Shown here one piece after another: positions 39,420 through 48,990 of a stretch of 64,000 bases of DNA (position 1 is the stretch's first letter; the number at the start of each line of letters is the position of its first letter). The DNA lies in the IMG/VR virus record IMGVR_UViG_3300017565_000004, positions 1,049 to 65,048 of that record; one strand, 5' to 3'. The DNA comes from a virus. The notes beneath the pieces were generated by a model, which ran no database searches, was not told the DNA's origin, and saw only the letters and a program-made list of their open reading frames with translations. A program made the position numbers and the translations under genes.

Positions 39420-39609
39420 AACCGTCGTACTTAAATCGGAGCGAGTCGATGAGTTAACGAAATGGTACGAGGAAAACCACTGGGCTGACGATGATAGCGG
39501 ATTTTCGTTCGGCATTGCAATGGGGATTCGCCACGCATTACATATACTCGGTATTCCTGTAAAGGGTATCGTAGATGAATCGGAGGTGTCCACGAATGAA
39601 CACGAATAA
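39412..39609 (+). CDS. Hypothetical protein
   Basis: RBS GGAGGTG; overlaps neighbours. Confidence 0.6.
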   Translation: MDRTVVLKSERVDELTKWYEENHWADDDSGFSFGIAMGIRHALHILGIPVKGIVDESEVSTNEHE

Positions 39610-39949
39610 TATTACGATTCCCGCTCGCTTTATCGCAGTAACCGAAAATTACGGACTTGTACCGGAGGATACATGCTACGTATTATGGCGGTTGCAGTCC
39701 GTCGATCCACGTAAAGCGCCCGGATATAAAGGCGATATGTCCGACGCTGTTGTCCGGCAGGAGTGGCGCGATTAGAAACGCTATTACAACTTGACGCCGG
39801 GCGGCCTTCGCAATGCGCTACGTGATATATCCGTAAGGCAGGCGGCGGACGAGGCGGCGCAGACCGATATCGGGCGTTTTATTCGAAGTATTGACGAATA
39901 TGTAACGAGATTAGAACGATTAATTCCGGAGGTGAGCGTTAATGAGTAA
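39596..39949 (+). pseudogene. Hypothetical gene with internal TAG at 39773
   Basis: Frame continues 57 codons past the TAG and overlaps the next start. Confidence 0.55.
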
Positions 39950-40442
39950 CGTTGAAAAACCGAACGTTCGTGATTTCGAAGCTGATCGTAAAATTTGCGA
40001 GGCGGCGTCGGCGGGTCCGTGGGAAGCTATGCGTTGGGAGATCGGAGGCGCTGACGCATATAACGTGCAGTGTTGTGATAACGACGTGGCGACGGTTTGG
40101 CAAGGCGTGCGATATCCGTTCGGGCCGGAGATATCGGATTATACAGCGAAAGCAAACACACGTTTCATTGCCGAAGCCCGCACCGGATGGCCGGCGGCGT
40201 TGGATCGTATTGCGGAATTAGAGGCGGAGAATAGACGTCTGAAATCCGACTTACTAACGGCACACATTGACGAACGAACAGCGTATGTATCTGCGGAAAC
40301 TTATTATAACGAGATTCAACGCTATAGGCAGGCGTTCGAACAGATAATCCGCTTAGAGACGTACAACTTTACGTCCGATCAGCGTGCGTTCGAAAGCGTT
40401 AAACAAATCGCGAAGGAGGCGTTAGCTTATGACCGAAACTAA
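39942..40442 (+). CDS. Ead/Ea22-like protein
   Basis: ASAGPW...FIAEAR..WPAALDRIAELE. Confidence 0.65.
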   Translation: MSNVEKPNVRDFEADRKICEAASAGPWEAMRWEIGGADAYNVQCCDNDVATVWQGVRYPFGPEISDYTAKANTRFIAEARTGWPAALDRIAELEAENRRLKSDLLTAHIDERTAYVSAETYYNEIQRYRQAFEQIIRLETYNFTSDQRAFESVKQIAKEALAYDRN

Positions 40443-40893
40443 CGTATACGAATTATATGTCGACGGGCAATTGTACGGAAAAGGTCCGATAGACTACGTT
40501 CATACGCTAATCGACGATTATGTTGTTACGAGCAAAATGTACGGATACGGTGAAGCGGACTTTACCGTAAGGCGGGCGAGCAATGGGCGACTTAATAACG
40601 TTGTTTGCATACACGGATACAAAGGCGCGGACATCGAATTTTGCGACCAATGTGCTGCGGGCAAATCGGAGGTAGACGGTCTTCGCGAAGAACTGGCGGA
40701 AGAACGTACAATGCGGCATACATTAGAGGGCGAAGCATTGCGTGGATGGGCGTACGAACAGGCACTACGTGAGATAGACACTCATATTCGTAGTTGTGGC
40801 GAACCTACTCCGCATATTATTGACGTAATCAAACGTGTATTACCGGAATATCGAACAGACGGAAAGGAGGCGCTCGAGCATGGCGAAAGATAA
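40429..40893 (+). CDS. Hypothetical protein
   Basis: RBS AAGGAGG; in operon. Confidence 0.65.
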   Translation: MTETNVYELYVDGQLYGKGPIDYVHTLIDDYVVTSKMYGYGEADFTVRRASNGRLNNVVCIHGYKGADIEFCDQCAAGKSEVDGLREELAEERTMRHTLEGEALRGWAYEQALREIDTHIRSCGEPTPHIIDVIKRVLPEYRTDGKEALEHGER

Positions 40894-41092
40894 CGTAACT
40901 AGAATGCGCAAATACCTACGACAGAACGGCATTCCGTACGTGCCTCCGGAAGGACTCGAAGAATTAGCGGCAGTATTTTACGCAGCGTACGAAGATGAGC
41001 GTGAGAAAAACCGCGGACTACTCGCTGGATTAGACGAAATCAAACGTAAAGTAGAGCGAGGGCCGATGTTACGGGGAGGTATCGGATTATGA
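40880..41092 (+). CDS. Hypothetical protein
   Basis: RBS AAAGGAGG before ATG 40880. Confidence 0.6.
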   Translation: MAKDNVTRMRKYLRQNGIPYVPPEGLEELAAVFYAAYEDEREKNRGLLAGLDEIKRKVERGPMLRGGIGL

Positions 41093-41481
41093 CGAAGAAA
41101 CCGAAAATTAACTCGGCAGATTGGCGGGCGCTGCCTATCGACCGTTGGAACGTCCGCTCATTTCACGCCTATTTCGCCGACATGAACCGCGAGCTGTACG
41201 GCATGGACTACGTACCAATGCGTAATTATTCGTTCGAACAAGGCGTAATCAAACGCGAATTAACGAAGTACGGTCCGGAGATTTTGCGCCAAGCTTTCGA
41301 CGAATGTTTCCGCACGTACAAGCCGACCGCACAATATCCGATATTAACCGCCGGCTTTGCGGTCGCGTATCGTATCAATACGATTATACCGAGGTTATTG
41401 GCGGAACAGGCGGAGGCTGAGCGTAGGGAAAAGCGGATTGCGGAGGCCAATGCGCAGCCGTTGCCGGAGGTAGTTTGGTGA
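41089..41481 (+). CDS. Phage protein, possibly replication-associated
   Basis: RBS GGAGG; DWRALPIDRWNVRSFHAYF. Confidence 0.6.
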   Translation: MTKKPKINSADWRALPIDRWNVRSFHAYFADMNRELYGMDYVPMRNYSFEQGVIKRELTKYGPEILRQAFDECFRTYKPTAQYPILTAGFAVAYRINTIIPRLLAEQAEAERREKRIAEANAQPLPEVVW

Positions 41482-41535
41482 TGGCGTGTGATTTCGTATA
41501 GGGTACGCATAACTATATACGAAGGAGGACGATAT

Positions 41536-41868
41536 ATGTACGGACTAATTCATTTAGAGGACGGATCAACCGAATATATTCCGAATGCTGAACGGTTCGA
41601 ACGCTTAGTATACGAACGTCTCGGACGCGATGCGGCGGAAATCGTGGCGGAGTTAGTTCGTCAAGGCGACGAAACAACTCGTAAGCTCGATAACGATCTA
41701 TTGGCGTACGAATCCGAGAACGAGGCGTTACTGTCTGCGGTAATGCAGGCGGATGATATGGCGGAAAGGCTACGTGATTACGTAATGCACGGCGGGTCGC
41801 GAACGCTAAGGCGTGACGTTGTAGCGAAGTTGGACGAGATTGTACGGACGTTAGAGGAGGTTATTTAA
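41536..41868 (+). CDS. Hypothetical protein
   Basis: RBS AAGGAGG before ATG 41536. Confidence 0.65.
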   Translation: MYGLIHLEDGSTEYIPNAERFERLVYERLGRDAAEIVAELVRQGDETTRKLDNDLLAYESENEALLSAVMQADDMAERLRDYVMHGGSRTLRRDVVAKLDEIVRTLEEVI

Positions 41869-41882
41869 CGTTAGCTCGGGGA

Positions 41883-42152
41883 TTACTTTTGTTCCCGTTC
41901 ACGTTCTCGTAGGAGGTACGGCATAATATCGAGGTAAGTGTCGGAAACCTCTACGAACTCTACTACGTCCTCAATACGGCAATCGAGATAATCGCAGATA
42001 CGTGCGATCACTTCTAACGATACGAATCCGCCATTACTCATCTTGGCGAGCGTAGTACCGGAAATACCGGCTTCTTCACGCAAGTGTTTCCTTAACTTAT
42101 CGCGTTTGATTAACGTTATTTCTAGCGGTTTGTAGGATGGTTTAATGCGCAT
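41883..42152 (-). CDS. Xre/HTH_26 transcriptional regulator
   Basis: LREEAGISGTTLAKM...LEVIARICDYLDCRIEDVVE. Confidence 0.85.
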   Translation of the reverse strand: MRIKPSYKPLEITLIKRDKLRKHLREEAGISGTTLAKMSNGGFVSLEVIARICDYLDCRIEDVVEFVEVSDTYLDIMPYLLREREREQK

Positions 42153-42182
42153 AGTGGACGCTCCTTTCGTGATCATGGACTT

Positions 42183-42249
42183 ATTATACGCTAATTCGGA
42201 AAAAATATTCAACGTAGGGGTTGACGGAAAATTGTACCGGTGATATTAT
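42183..42249. promoter_or_regulatory. Back-to-back sigmaA promoters
   Basis: Plus strand: TTGACG(42221)-17-TATTAT with TG extension; minus strand: TTGAAT(42212)-18-TATAAT. Confidence 0.7.
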
Positions 42250-42498
42250 AAGTCCATAAACACGTATATAAAGTTCATCATCACCGTAAATAAATCCACT
42301 CGCGGCATACACGGCAATTCCCCGCCAGCCGCCGATAATCCCCGATATAACCCTCCGCTAAAAATGACGTAAGCCGCGCGTGCCTCTCACGTGTAATTAC
42401 GTATAGCTTAACGATCCCCCTAAACGTTGAGCAGCGCAGGGCTTTTCCGTTTTGTCGGAAGGCCTTACGTGTATATTACGAAAAGGAGGCGCTAATAT

Positions 42499-42639
42499 AT
42501 GAAACTCGGAAACTATACGTCAAATCCGCCGGCGCTGCTGCTCGAACTCGCGGCAATGGCGGAGCAGAACGGTAATGAACGGGCACGCCGCGTTTATATG
42601 GCGAACTATTTACGATTAACTGACGAAAGGAGACGATAA
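42499..42639 (+). CDS. 46-aa hypothetical protein (not in the ORF track)
   Basis: RBS AAAGGAGG; ends just before the next ATG. Confidence 0.6.
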   Translation: MKLGNYTSNPPALLLELAAMAEQNGNERARRVYMANYLRLTDERRR

Positions 42640-42640
42640 T

Positions 42641-43069
42641 ATGAACAGAACGGAAATCGAAGCGAAGTGGAGTACGCTGACGGCGCGCGAACGTGACGCT
42701 TGGGTAGCGGAGGTTATTTTCGGATATTACTGGGCGGACTTATTTCCGCATATGAAATCGGTAGAAAAAATACGTATGCTTACTGCCCCTATTGGGGATG
42801 CGATGCGAAACGTAGGAGGTCGCGTGGATTCATACGGTATACCAGAAAGTCTACCGAATTACACATCGGATATTTCGGCGGCGTGGGCGGTACTTGAATC
42901 GAGCCGAGCGTGGGGCGGAATGGGGATCGGATATTATACGCATGGTTACGACATTAGTACGTATACCGATTCAACACCGAATCAGAAACCGGTAAAGGTA
43001 ACGAAGCCGACCGCACCAGAAGCGATATGTCTCGCAGTACTTATCGCGAAATTGACGGAGGTGTCGTAG
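42641..43069 (+). CDS. Phage ABA-sandwich domain protein
   Basis: YTSDISAAWAVLE...APEAICLAVL. Confidence 0.75.
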   Translation: MNRTEIEAKWSTLTARERDAWVAEVIFGYYWADLFPHMKSVEKIRMLTAPIGDAMRNVGGRVDSYGIPESLPNYTSDISAAWAVLESSRAWGGMGIGYYTHGYDISTYTDSTPNQKPVKVTKPTAPEAICLAVLIAKLTEVS

Positions 43070-43272
43070 TGGAATATCGGAAGCATACCGTTTATTTACC
43101 GGAAGGGACGTACGCCGTATCGCGCGGCGGGCAGATCATCGGATTCGTTACGGCTGCAGACGTTGCCGAGGCCGGAGTCGTTGCGGAGGAAGTGTACGGA
43201 CAGTTTAACGGAATAAGTAGCGCGGTGTTATCGGTCGATGCGCGGCGATGTGCTGACGGTAGTACGAAGTAG
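43069..43272 (+). CDS. Hypothetical protein
   Basis: RBS GGAGGTG; TAGTG coupling. Confidence 0.55.
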   Translation: MEYRKHTVYLPEGTYAVSRGGQIIGFVTAADVAEAGVVAEEVYGQFNGISSAVLSVDARRCADGSTK

Positions 43273-43344
43273 ATTCTAAAGGTTCACCACCATATCGTTG
43301 GAGTCAACGACATGGTTGATTCAAACTGTGAAGGAGGATTGAGT

Positions 43345-43641
43345 ATGAATTGTTGTTCTAACGATGGATGCAAAAGACCAGTCATTGGTCAAGGGCAATG
43401 TATAGAGCATTACAAGAGTCCGACAGGTGCAACAACATGGATTGTAATCAATACTGTTTATTTTAACGATGGAAGTCATGAAATCTACGGATATAAGGTT
43501 AAAAACGAAGATGGCACGAAGCGAAAAATTATATCTTCAAAGACCGCAAACGCACTTACTCTTAAAGGCGAATTAAGAGTGTCAGACAGACAAGAGCTAT
43601 CCTTTTGTTCTGTAGGTAGAGATTTTATCGAAGTTGATTAG
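43345..43641 (+). CDS. AT-rich accessory protein with N-terminal Cys cluster
   Basis: RBS AAGGAGG; CSNDGC...CIEH. Confidence 0.65.
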   Translation: MNCCSNDGCKRPVIGQGQCIEHYKSPTGATTWIVINTVYFNDGSHEIYGYKVKNEDGTKRKIISSKTANALTLKGELRVSDRQELSFCSVGRDFIEVD

Positions 43642-43706
43642 TGAACAGTACGACCGCAAAAACGAAGTTGATTCATATTGTTCAATAAATTTAAGGAGGA
43701 AATTTT

Positions 43707-44027
43707 ATGTCTGAAAAATCTGTAGTAGTAACTTATCAAACACAACAAACATATTGCCGTTGCTGTAATCAAAGTTTAGCACAAGAAAAAGTGAGCGCAC
43801 CTATGCAAATAGCAATAACAAAAGAAACAGCTCTTTCTTGGAGTGAATGGAATGATATTGTTGATTATCCAGAAGATCTTGACGGTATCGTGTATGAATT
43901 TGTTCGTGAAACAATCTACTTCTATTCAGCAACCTCTTATGAAAAACTCTTAATTGATGATGCGGAATACGAGAAAGTAAAGGAGTTTATCTTGAAAGAA
44001 GTTGTTGAACAGTACGACGATATTTAG
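43707..44027 (+). CDS. AT-rich accessory protein
   Basis: RBS AAGGAGG. Confidence 0.65.
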   Translation: MSEKSVVVTYQTQQTYCRCCNQSLAQEKVSAPMQIAITKETALSWSEWNDIVDYPEDLDGIVYEFVRETIYFYSATSYEKLLIDDAEYEKVKEFILKEVVEQYDDI

Positions 44028-44051
44028 TGCGAAGTAAGAGGAGGAAATTAC

Positions 44052-44174
44052 ATGGAGTGTTGTCTATGCGATAAAGAGTTAGATGATACAAAAGACGACA
44101 GCTATGAGTATGACTATATGGGCAATGCATGGTGTAAAGAGTGCATGGATAAAGAAGTTAATCGAGAAATGTAA
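44052..44174 (+). CDS. 40-aa CxxC..CxxC zinc-finger peptide (not in the ORF track)
   Basis: RBS GAGGAGG; MECCLCDKEL...WCKECM. Confidence 0.6.
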   Translation: MECCLCDKELDDTKDDSYEYDYMGNAWCKECMDKEVNREM

Positions 44175-44977
44175 TGAACAGTTCGACGAAACAACGAAAT
44201 AAGGAGGCGTTAACACTGGCGAATCACTCTAAACGTTGTAACCTACGCCATGTCTGCCGTTCCGTTAATACAGCCGCATGTAACAAATTGTGCTCGGCAT
44301 TCATCGGACTTCACGGCGTAACGGGCGATGGCGGTCGAGTTAGCTCCGCAAACATACCGGACGAATACCGGCACATCACGTTAACTACTTCGCCGGCAAG
44401 CGAAGGGCAGCCGGACATTTACGCACACTTGGCGGAATATATAAAAACATTTACGCGGCAATTTGACGATGACAGCCCGCCGATCAAATCGTTATACCTA
44501 TATTCGAACGAGCCTGGCACGGGCAAAACGACGACAGCCGCGGCGGTGGCTAACGAATACCTTAACGTACATTACATCGGCTCACTTCTGCGCAATAGGC
44601 AAGCGTTAGAAAGACCGGTATATTTTCTCGACGTTAACGAGTGGCAGACGAATTATAATACGTTTAATCGGCCGAAAGTTCCCGATAATATAGCGATGCC
44701 GGCTGCTGAACGATTTTATAACGCTATGACGGCGGCCATGTCGGCGCCATTCGTAGTGTTCGATGATGTAGGCGTTCGTGACGCTACAGAAGCTTTCCGT
44801 TCAGAGTTGCATACGATTATTAACGAACGCGTGGCGAATGGGCTACCGTCCGTGTATACGTCGAATATTCCAATGGCGGAAATGGCGAAATTGTTCGACC
44901 GTCGTATCGCGGATCGTTTCCGTCAGCAAACGATTGAATTTACGTTTAAGGGAACGAGTAAGCGCGGAGTACGATAA
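44174..44977 (+). CDS. DnaC/IstB-like ATPase (helicase loader); likely CTG start at 44216
   Basis: PGTGKTT, VFDDVG, IINER, YTSN, RIADR. Confidence 0.85.
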   Translation: MNSSTKQRNKEALTLANHSKRCNLRHVCRSVNTAACNKLCSAFIGLHGVTGDGGRVSSANIPDEYRHITLTTSPASEGQPDIYAHLAEYIKTFTRQFDDDSPPIKSLYLYSNEPGTGKTTTAAAVANEYLNVHYIGSLLRNRQALERPVYFLDVNEWQTNYNTFNRPKVPDNIAMPAAERFYNAMTAAMSAPFVVFDDVGVRDATEAFRSELHTIINERVANGLPSVYTSNIPMAEMAKLFDRRIADRFRQQTIEFTFKGTSKRGVR

Positions 44978-45121
44978 TCGGAGTAATTTTACGAAACCGG
45001 GAGCATTCGCGAGATCGTATTGCGACGATCGTGAAAACAAATCAATAAAAACGGTGGAATATGCCGTTTTACAGGATATTGAAGATTTTACTATAATCGA
45101 ATACAACGAGGAGGCGAACGA

Positions 45122-46483
45122 ATGAGTTACGTTGAACCGTTACTATCACGTATCATCGACGATAATAACGTTGATGAACTGGACAAGCTCGGACTCGACC
45201 GCGATTTCTTTCCGGCCGGCGTCGAGCGGGAGGCCTACGATTTTATCCGCAAGTATCACCGCGATAACGGGCAGGCGCCGAGCTATGCCGCGGTCGTGAC
45301 GGAGGTGCCGGACTTTACGTACGTGCCGAGCGTTACGGATTCGTACGATTACATGGCGCGCCGCATTAAAGAAACGTGGGGGCAGACGGAGGTACAGGCG
45401 TTCCTACAGAGCCGTGAACATGCGGAAAAGTTTGCGGAGGCCGGCCACTCTATCACATTTGACGACTATGCGCAATACTTGAAATCGAACATAGATCATA
45501 TTAAAATGAGAACAGATGTTCGTATTGTGACGAAAGGAACCGATGTCGTTAGGGATTCCGGTAAGTTTCTCGAAGAATACGAAAAAAGACGACTCGGAGA
45601 ATCTAATCGGATATGGAGGTCGAAGTTCCCTACGTTAAACCAAGCGGTAGGCGGCGGTTACTACTCGTCAAATATGTACGTAGTATATGCGCGGTCAGGC
45701 CGCGGTAAATCTATCGTCACAATGGAAGAAGCGATAGAGTTCGCGTTTCAAGGGGCGGTCGTTCTCGTTTGGGCGCTAGAAATGGGATCGTTCGAATGGA
45801 TGGCGCGGGCGTTTACGTCTATATCTGGACGCCTCGGAATCGCCGTTGCTACGATTGATGGCGTAGATTACGATGCGGGATTCGATAACCGAGCGTTACA
45901 AGCGGCAAAACTAGACGAAGAGTATTACGCGGAGTTTAAGAAATTCCTCGCGCAGCTTAACGATATTATTCATGGACGAATTATTCTCCGCTCGACTAAC
46001 GATGAGGATTTCAACGACCGTAGTCTATCGGCATTACGTAAGGATATTATCGCAAGTTCAGCAGATGTTGTAATAATCGATCCGTTCTACTATCTCGATT
46101 ATGAACGTAATACATCGAAAACAACGGGCGGGGATGCTGCGGAAACATCGCGCAAGCTTCGTATTATGACCGGGCAACTTGACGTAGTGACAATAGCAAT
46201 AACGCAAGCCGACGAAGATAGTTCCGAGAAGGTCGATGGTGTACGTGAATTGAAATTGCCGAGTCGCGACGACGTGTTAAAAACGAAACAACTGCTACAA
46301 GACGGCGCATTACTTATCGGACTTGACACGTTAGCTCACGAAGGACGCGGCTTAATAGGAATAGGTAAGGGGCGTAGTGGGGGCGAGGATACAACGATTG
46401 AGATACTGTATCTGCCGAACTACGGGATCGTACGCGAGCCAGTTGCGGAGGATATGGCGGCACAGTTCGTCGGAAACTTTTAA
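45122..46483 (+). CDS. DnaB-like replicative helicase
   Basis: ARSGRGKS, ALEM, VIIDP, ITQA, GKGRSG. Confidence 0.88.
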   Translation: MSYVEPLLSRIIDDNNVDELDKLGLDRDFFPAGVEREAYDFIRKYHRDNGQAPSYAAVVTEVPDFTYVPSVTDSYDYMARRIKETWGQTEVQAFLQSREHAEKFAEAGHSITFDDYAQYLKSNIDHIKMRTDVRIVTKGTDVVRDSGKFLEEYEKRRLGESNRIWRSKFPTLNQAVGGGYYSSNMYVVYARSGRGKSIVTMEEAIEFAFQGAVVLVWALEMGSFEWMARAFTSISGRLGIAVATIDGVDYDAGFDNRALQAAKLDEEYYAEFKKFLAQLNDIIHGRIILRSTNDEDFNDRSLSALRKDIIASSADVVIIDPFYYLDYERNTSKTTGGDAAETSRKLRIMTGQLDVVTIAITQADEDSSEKVDGVRELKLPSRDDVLKTKQLLQDGALLIGLDTLAHEGRGLIGIGKGRSGGEDTTIEILYLPNYGIVREPVAEDMAAQFVGNF

Positions 46484-46594
46484 GGATGTTATATAACTGT
46501 TATGTAACATACTAAAGTAATACAAATTAAATATTAAAAACATATTTACAACATATGTATATATGTGCTATATTTCATACACGGAGGTGGTAAT

Positions 46595-46936
46595 ATGTCA
46601 AATGTTAATGATTACCTAAAGAAAATGGCAGATGAGGTTGCGTCTAAGAAGAAAAGATCACGGGGTACTGAAAAACGACTAACCGTAGTATTAAGCGAAT
46701 ATGACGCTAGGCGTTTGAAGTATATCTCAAAAATGTTAGGAGAGACAAGCGGTGCTCTTGCTCGTAACTTAATTGTACAAGCACTAGATGACGCTGAGAA
46801 AATTCTAAACCTCGACGAATGGGAAGATGAGCCGACAGGAATGGACGAGTACGGAAACGTAATGTTCGAACGATCAGAATACGGTAGTTACATTAATCAC
46901 GCTACAGGTGATGACGACGAGGAATCAGATGATTGA
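46595..46936 (+). CDS. Ribbon-helix-helix-like protein inserted between helicase and primase
   Basis: KRLTVVLSEYDARRLKYIS...SGALARNLI; AT-rich upstream spacer. Confidence 0.55.
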   Translation: MSNVNDYLKKMADEVASKKKRSRGTEKRLTVVLSEYDARRLKYISKMLGETSGALARNLIVQALDDAEKILNLDEWEDEPTGMDEYGNVMFERSEYGSYINHATGDDDEESDD

Positions 46937-47855
46937 CGTTCGTACCGAGTTAGAAGCGTTCGACTGGACGGCCGCGACGTGGACAAGCCGTAAACTTATC
47001 TGCGCTTCACCGACACGTTACGAATCACATCCGTCCTTCTTCGTCGACTTAGAAACGGGCGGCTGGCACGATTCCGGCGCAACCGATCCGTATTGGCAGA
47101 GCGGTAATTTCACGAAGTTGCTCGCATTTCTACGGCAGGAAACATACGAAGAAACAGCCGCCTATCTATCGGCAAAGTACGGTAACGGCGATGTCCTAAC
47201 GTATGATGACGACGGCCGCCCGATATTCAAACCGCCGAATCTCCTGCAGCCGAGAGTTAAGCCGCGCCGCATACCGGAGTACATACTCGATGATTACCGC
47301 TATCGGTCGGAGTATCTTGGCCGGCGGGGTATAAGCGAAGATATACAGCGGTTAATGAACGTCGGCTACGATATGAGCTCGAAGGCGGTTACGATCCCGT
47401 GGCTCAATGCGGACGGGTCGCTAGGTAACGTTATGTATCGTAAAACCACCGATAAAACGTTTTGGTATCGGAAGGATAGCCGGCCGATTGGCGAAATGTT
47501 ATACGGGATTCACTTATCGTATAAGCATCGGTTGAAGCAGGCGGCCATAGTCGAGGCGGCCGTCGATAGCCTAACGTTAATGACGCACGGTATATACGCA
47601 GTGGCAACCGGCGGCACGGCGGTCACAGATGCGAAAATATCGTTGTTGTTACGTTCACCAATCGAGGAATTGACGATATGGCGGGACCAGGACGAAGCAG
47701 GCCGCGCATGGCAAAAACGGTTAGTGGCGGCGGTCCGGGGCAAGATTCGTATACGGATTGCGAAGTTACCGCGAGGCTATAAAGACGTTAACGAGGCGGC
47801 GTGTGCGGGCGTTGATATACGTAGTGTAAAAATCCGTAATATTTACATTTTTTGA
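46929..47855 (+). CDS. DNA primase (TOPRIM)
   Basis: YLGRRGI, IVEAAVD, DQDEAG, KDVNE. Confidence 0.87.
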   Translation: MIDVRTELEAFDWTAATWTSRKLICASPTRYESHPSFFVDLETGGWHDSGATDPYWQSGNFTKLLAFLRQETYEETAAYLSAKYGNGDVLTYDDDGRPIFKPPNLLQPRVKPRRIPEYILDDYRYRSEYLGRRGISEDIQRLMNVGYDMSSKAVTIPWLNADGSLGNVMYRKTTDKTFWYRKDSRPIGEMLYGIHLSYKHRLKQAAIVEAAVDSLTLMTHGIYAVATGGTAVTDAKISLLLRSPIEELTIWRDQDEAGRAWQKRLVAAVRGKIRIRIAKLPRGYKDVNEAACAGVDIRSVKIRNIYIF

Positions 47856-47930
47856 CGTAGATTACTAGCGGTTACCTGTTATAAAATGGTGATAAATCGT
47901 GGATGTGCGATTTTTACCGCAGACGTGCGC

Positions 47931-48149
47931 TCATTCATCGTGAGCCCACTCGTATAGCATACGTTCAGTTACGCCTAGCGCATCAGCAAGCGGTATAGCG
48001 ACGGACAACGGCATTTCCTTCTGCTTAAACGTAGCATACTTCGAAATGAGCTTCGCATCTATACCGGAGTGATCGGCGAGCTGGCGCTGCGTCCAGTTAC
48101 GTTCAACGAGCAAGTCGAGAATGAGGCAACGACGCGGCTTCAAACGCAT
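47931..48149 (-). CDS. Xre-family HTH repressor
   Basis: WTQRQLADHSGIDAKLISKY...LADALGV. Confidence 0.82.
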   Translation of the reverse strand: MRLKPRRCLILDLLVERNWTQRQLADHSGIDAKLISKYATFKQKEMPLSVAIPLADALGVTERMLYEWAHDE

Positions 48150-48192
48150 CGGACGACCTCCAATAAAATAATTTAGAATTATTTTCTAAAGC

Positions 48193-48229
48193 ATGTCCCA
48201 GTTTCGCAATAACATGTACTTACTATATT
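48193..48229 (+). promoter_or_regulatory. Phage 37-bp promoter-like motif, copy 2
   Basis: ATGTCCCAGTTTCG-caata-ACATGTACTTACTATATT. Confidence 0.75.
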
Positions 48230-48248
48230 AGAAAGGGTGATAAGTTGA

Positions 48249-48824
48249 ATGAAAAATGAGCAACTGAATAATTTAGCGGTTCAAGCACAGAACGGAAATA
48301 GTCTTGCTTACGAGTCAATTCTAGCACATTTCCTACCTTATGTGTACAAGATGTCGGAGCAGAATTGGTACAAGATGTCAAACGAAACGAGCTTCGAACA
48401 CGATTGTTTGAAACGATTAGATGCAGCTATTGAGAAGTACGACATTACAAAGGGGAACTTTAGAACACAGGTATTATGGAGGTTCCGACAGGCGCTTTAC
48501 TTAGCGGTAACGAGGCTAAAGGAAAAACGGCGTGGGTACGAAGTTAGTTCGTTAGACTTTGGCGAGTCTGATGAGCAGTATGAAACATACGAGGTTGAAG
48601 ATGAGTTGGCGCTCATTGACGACGGCATTCTCGTAAATGAAAAAATCGCCCTCTTGGCGGAAGGCGATTCTCGGAAATTGGCGATTCTAAACAGTTGGAA
48701 AAATGGGTGTTTTAACGATTCAAGCACCTCGGTATCTTTGGCGAAACACTTTGGCGGTAATTCTGAATCTCACCGTAAATTTATTAACAGGTTTAGAACC
48801 ACCTGTCAAAAAGCTTTGGCTTAG
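48249..48824 (+). CDS. Phage RNA polymerase sigma factor-like protein
   Basis: LAVQAQNGNSLAYESILAHFLPYV...AIEKYDITKGNF (region 2-like); C-terminal HTH-like. Confidence 0.7.
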   Translation: MKNEQLNNLAVQAQNGNSLAYESILAHFLPYVYKMSEQNWYKMSNETSFEHDCLKRLDAAIEKYDITKGNFRTQVLWRFRQALYLAVTRLKEKRRGYEVSSLDFGESDEQYETYEVEDELALIDDGILVNEKIALLAEGDSRKLAILNSWKNGCFNDSSTSVSLAKHFGGNSESHRKFINRFRTTCQKALA

Positions 48825-48960
48825 CTTAGTGACCATTTTTAAGTTAACACAGGCTTTGGCGAAACCCATGCAAGAAGTAGTGTTGAAATATCCACTTAGG
48901 CATTGCGGACATTTAACCATCACTGGGACGTTATACAATAACATCTGTGATTTCCTACAT

Positions 48961-48990
48961 ATTATAACGTTAGCGTTTCAGTGTTGTCAA
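48961..48990 (-). promoter_or_regulatory. Consensus sigmaA promoter antisense to the sigma-like gene
   Basis: TTGACA-18-TATAAT on the minus strand. Confidence 0.75.
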
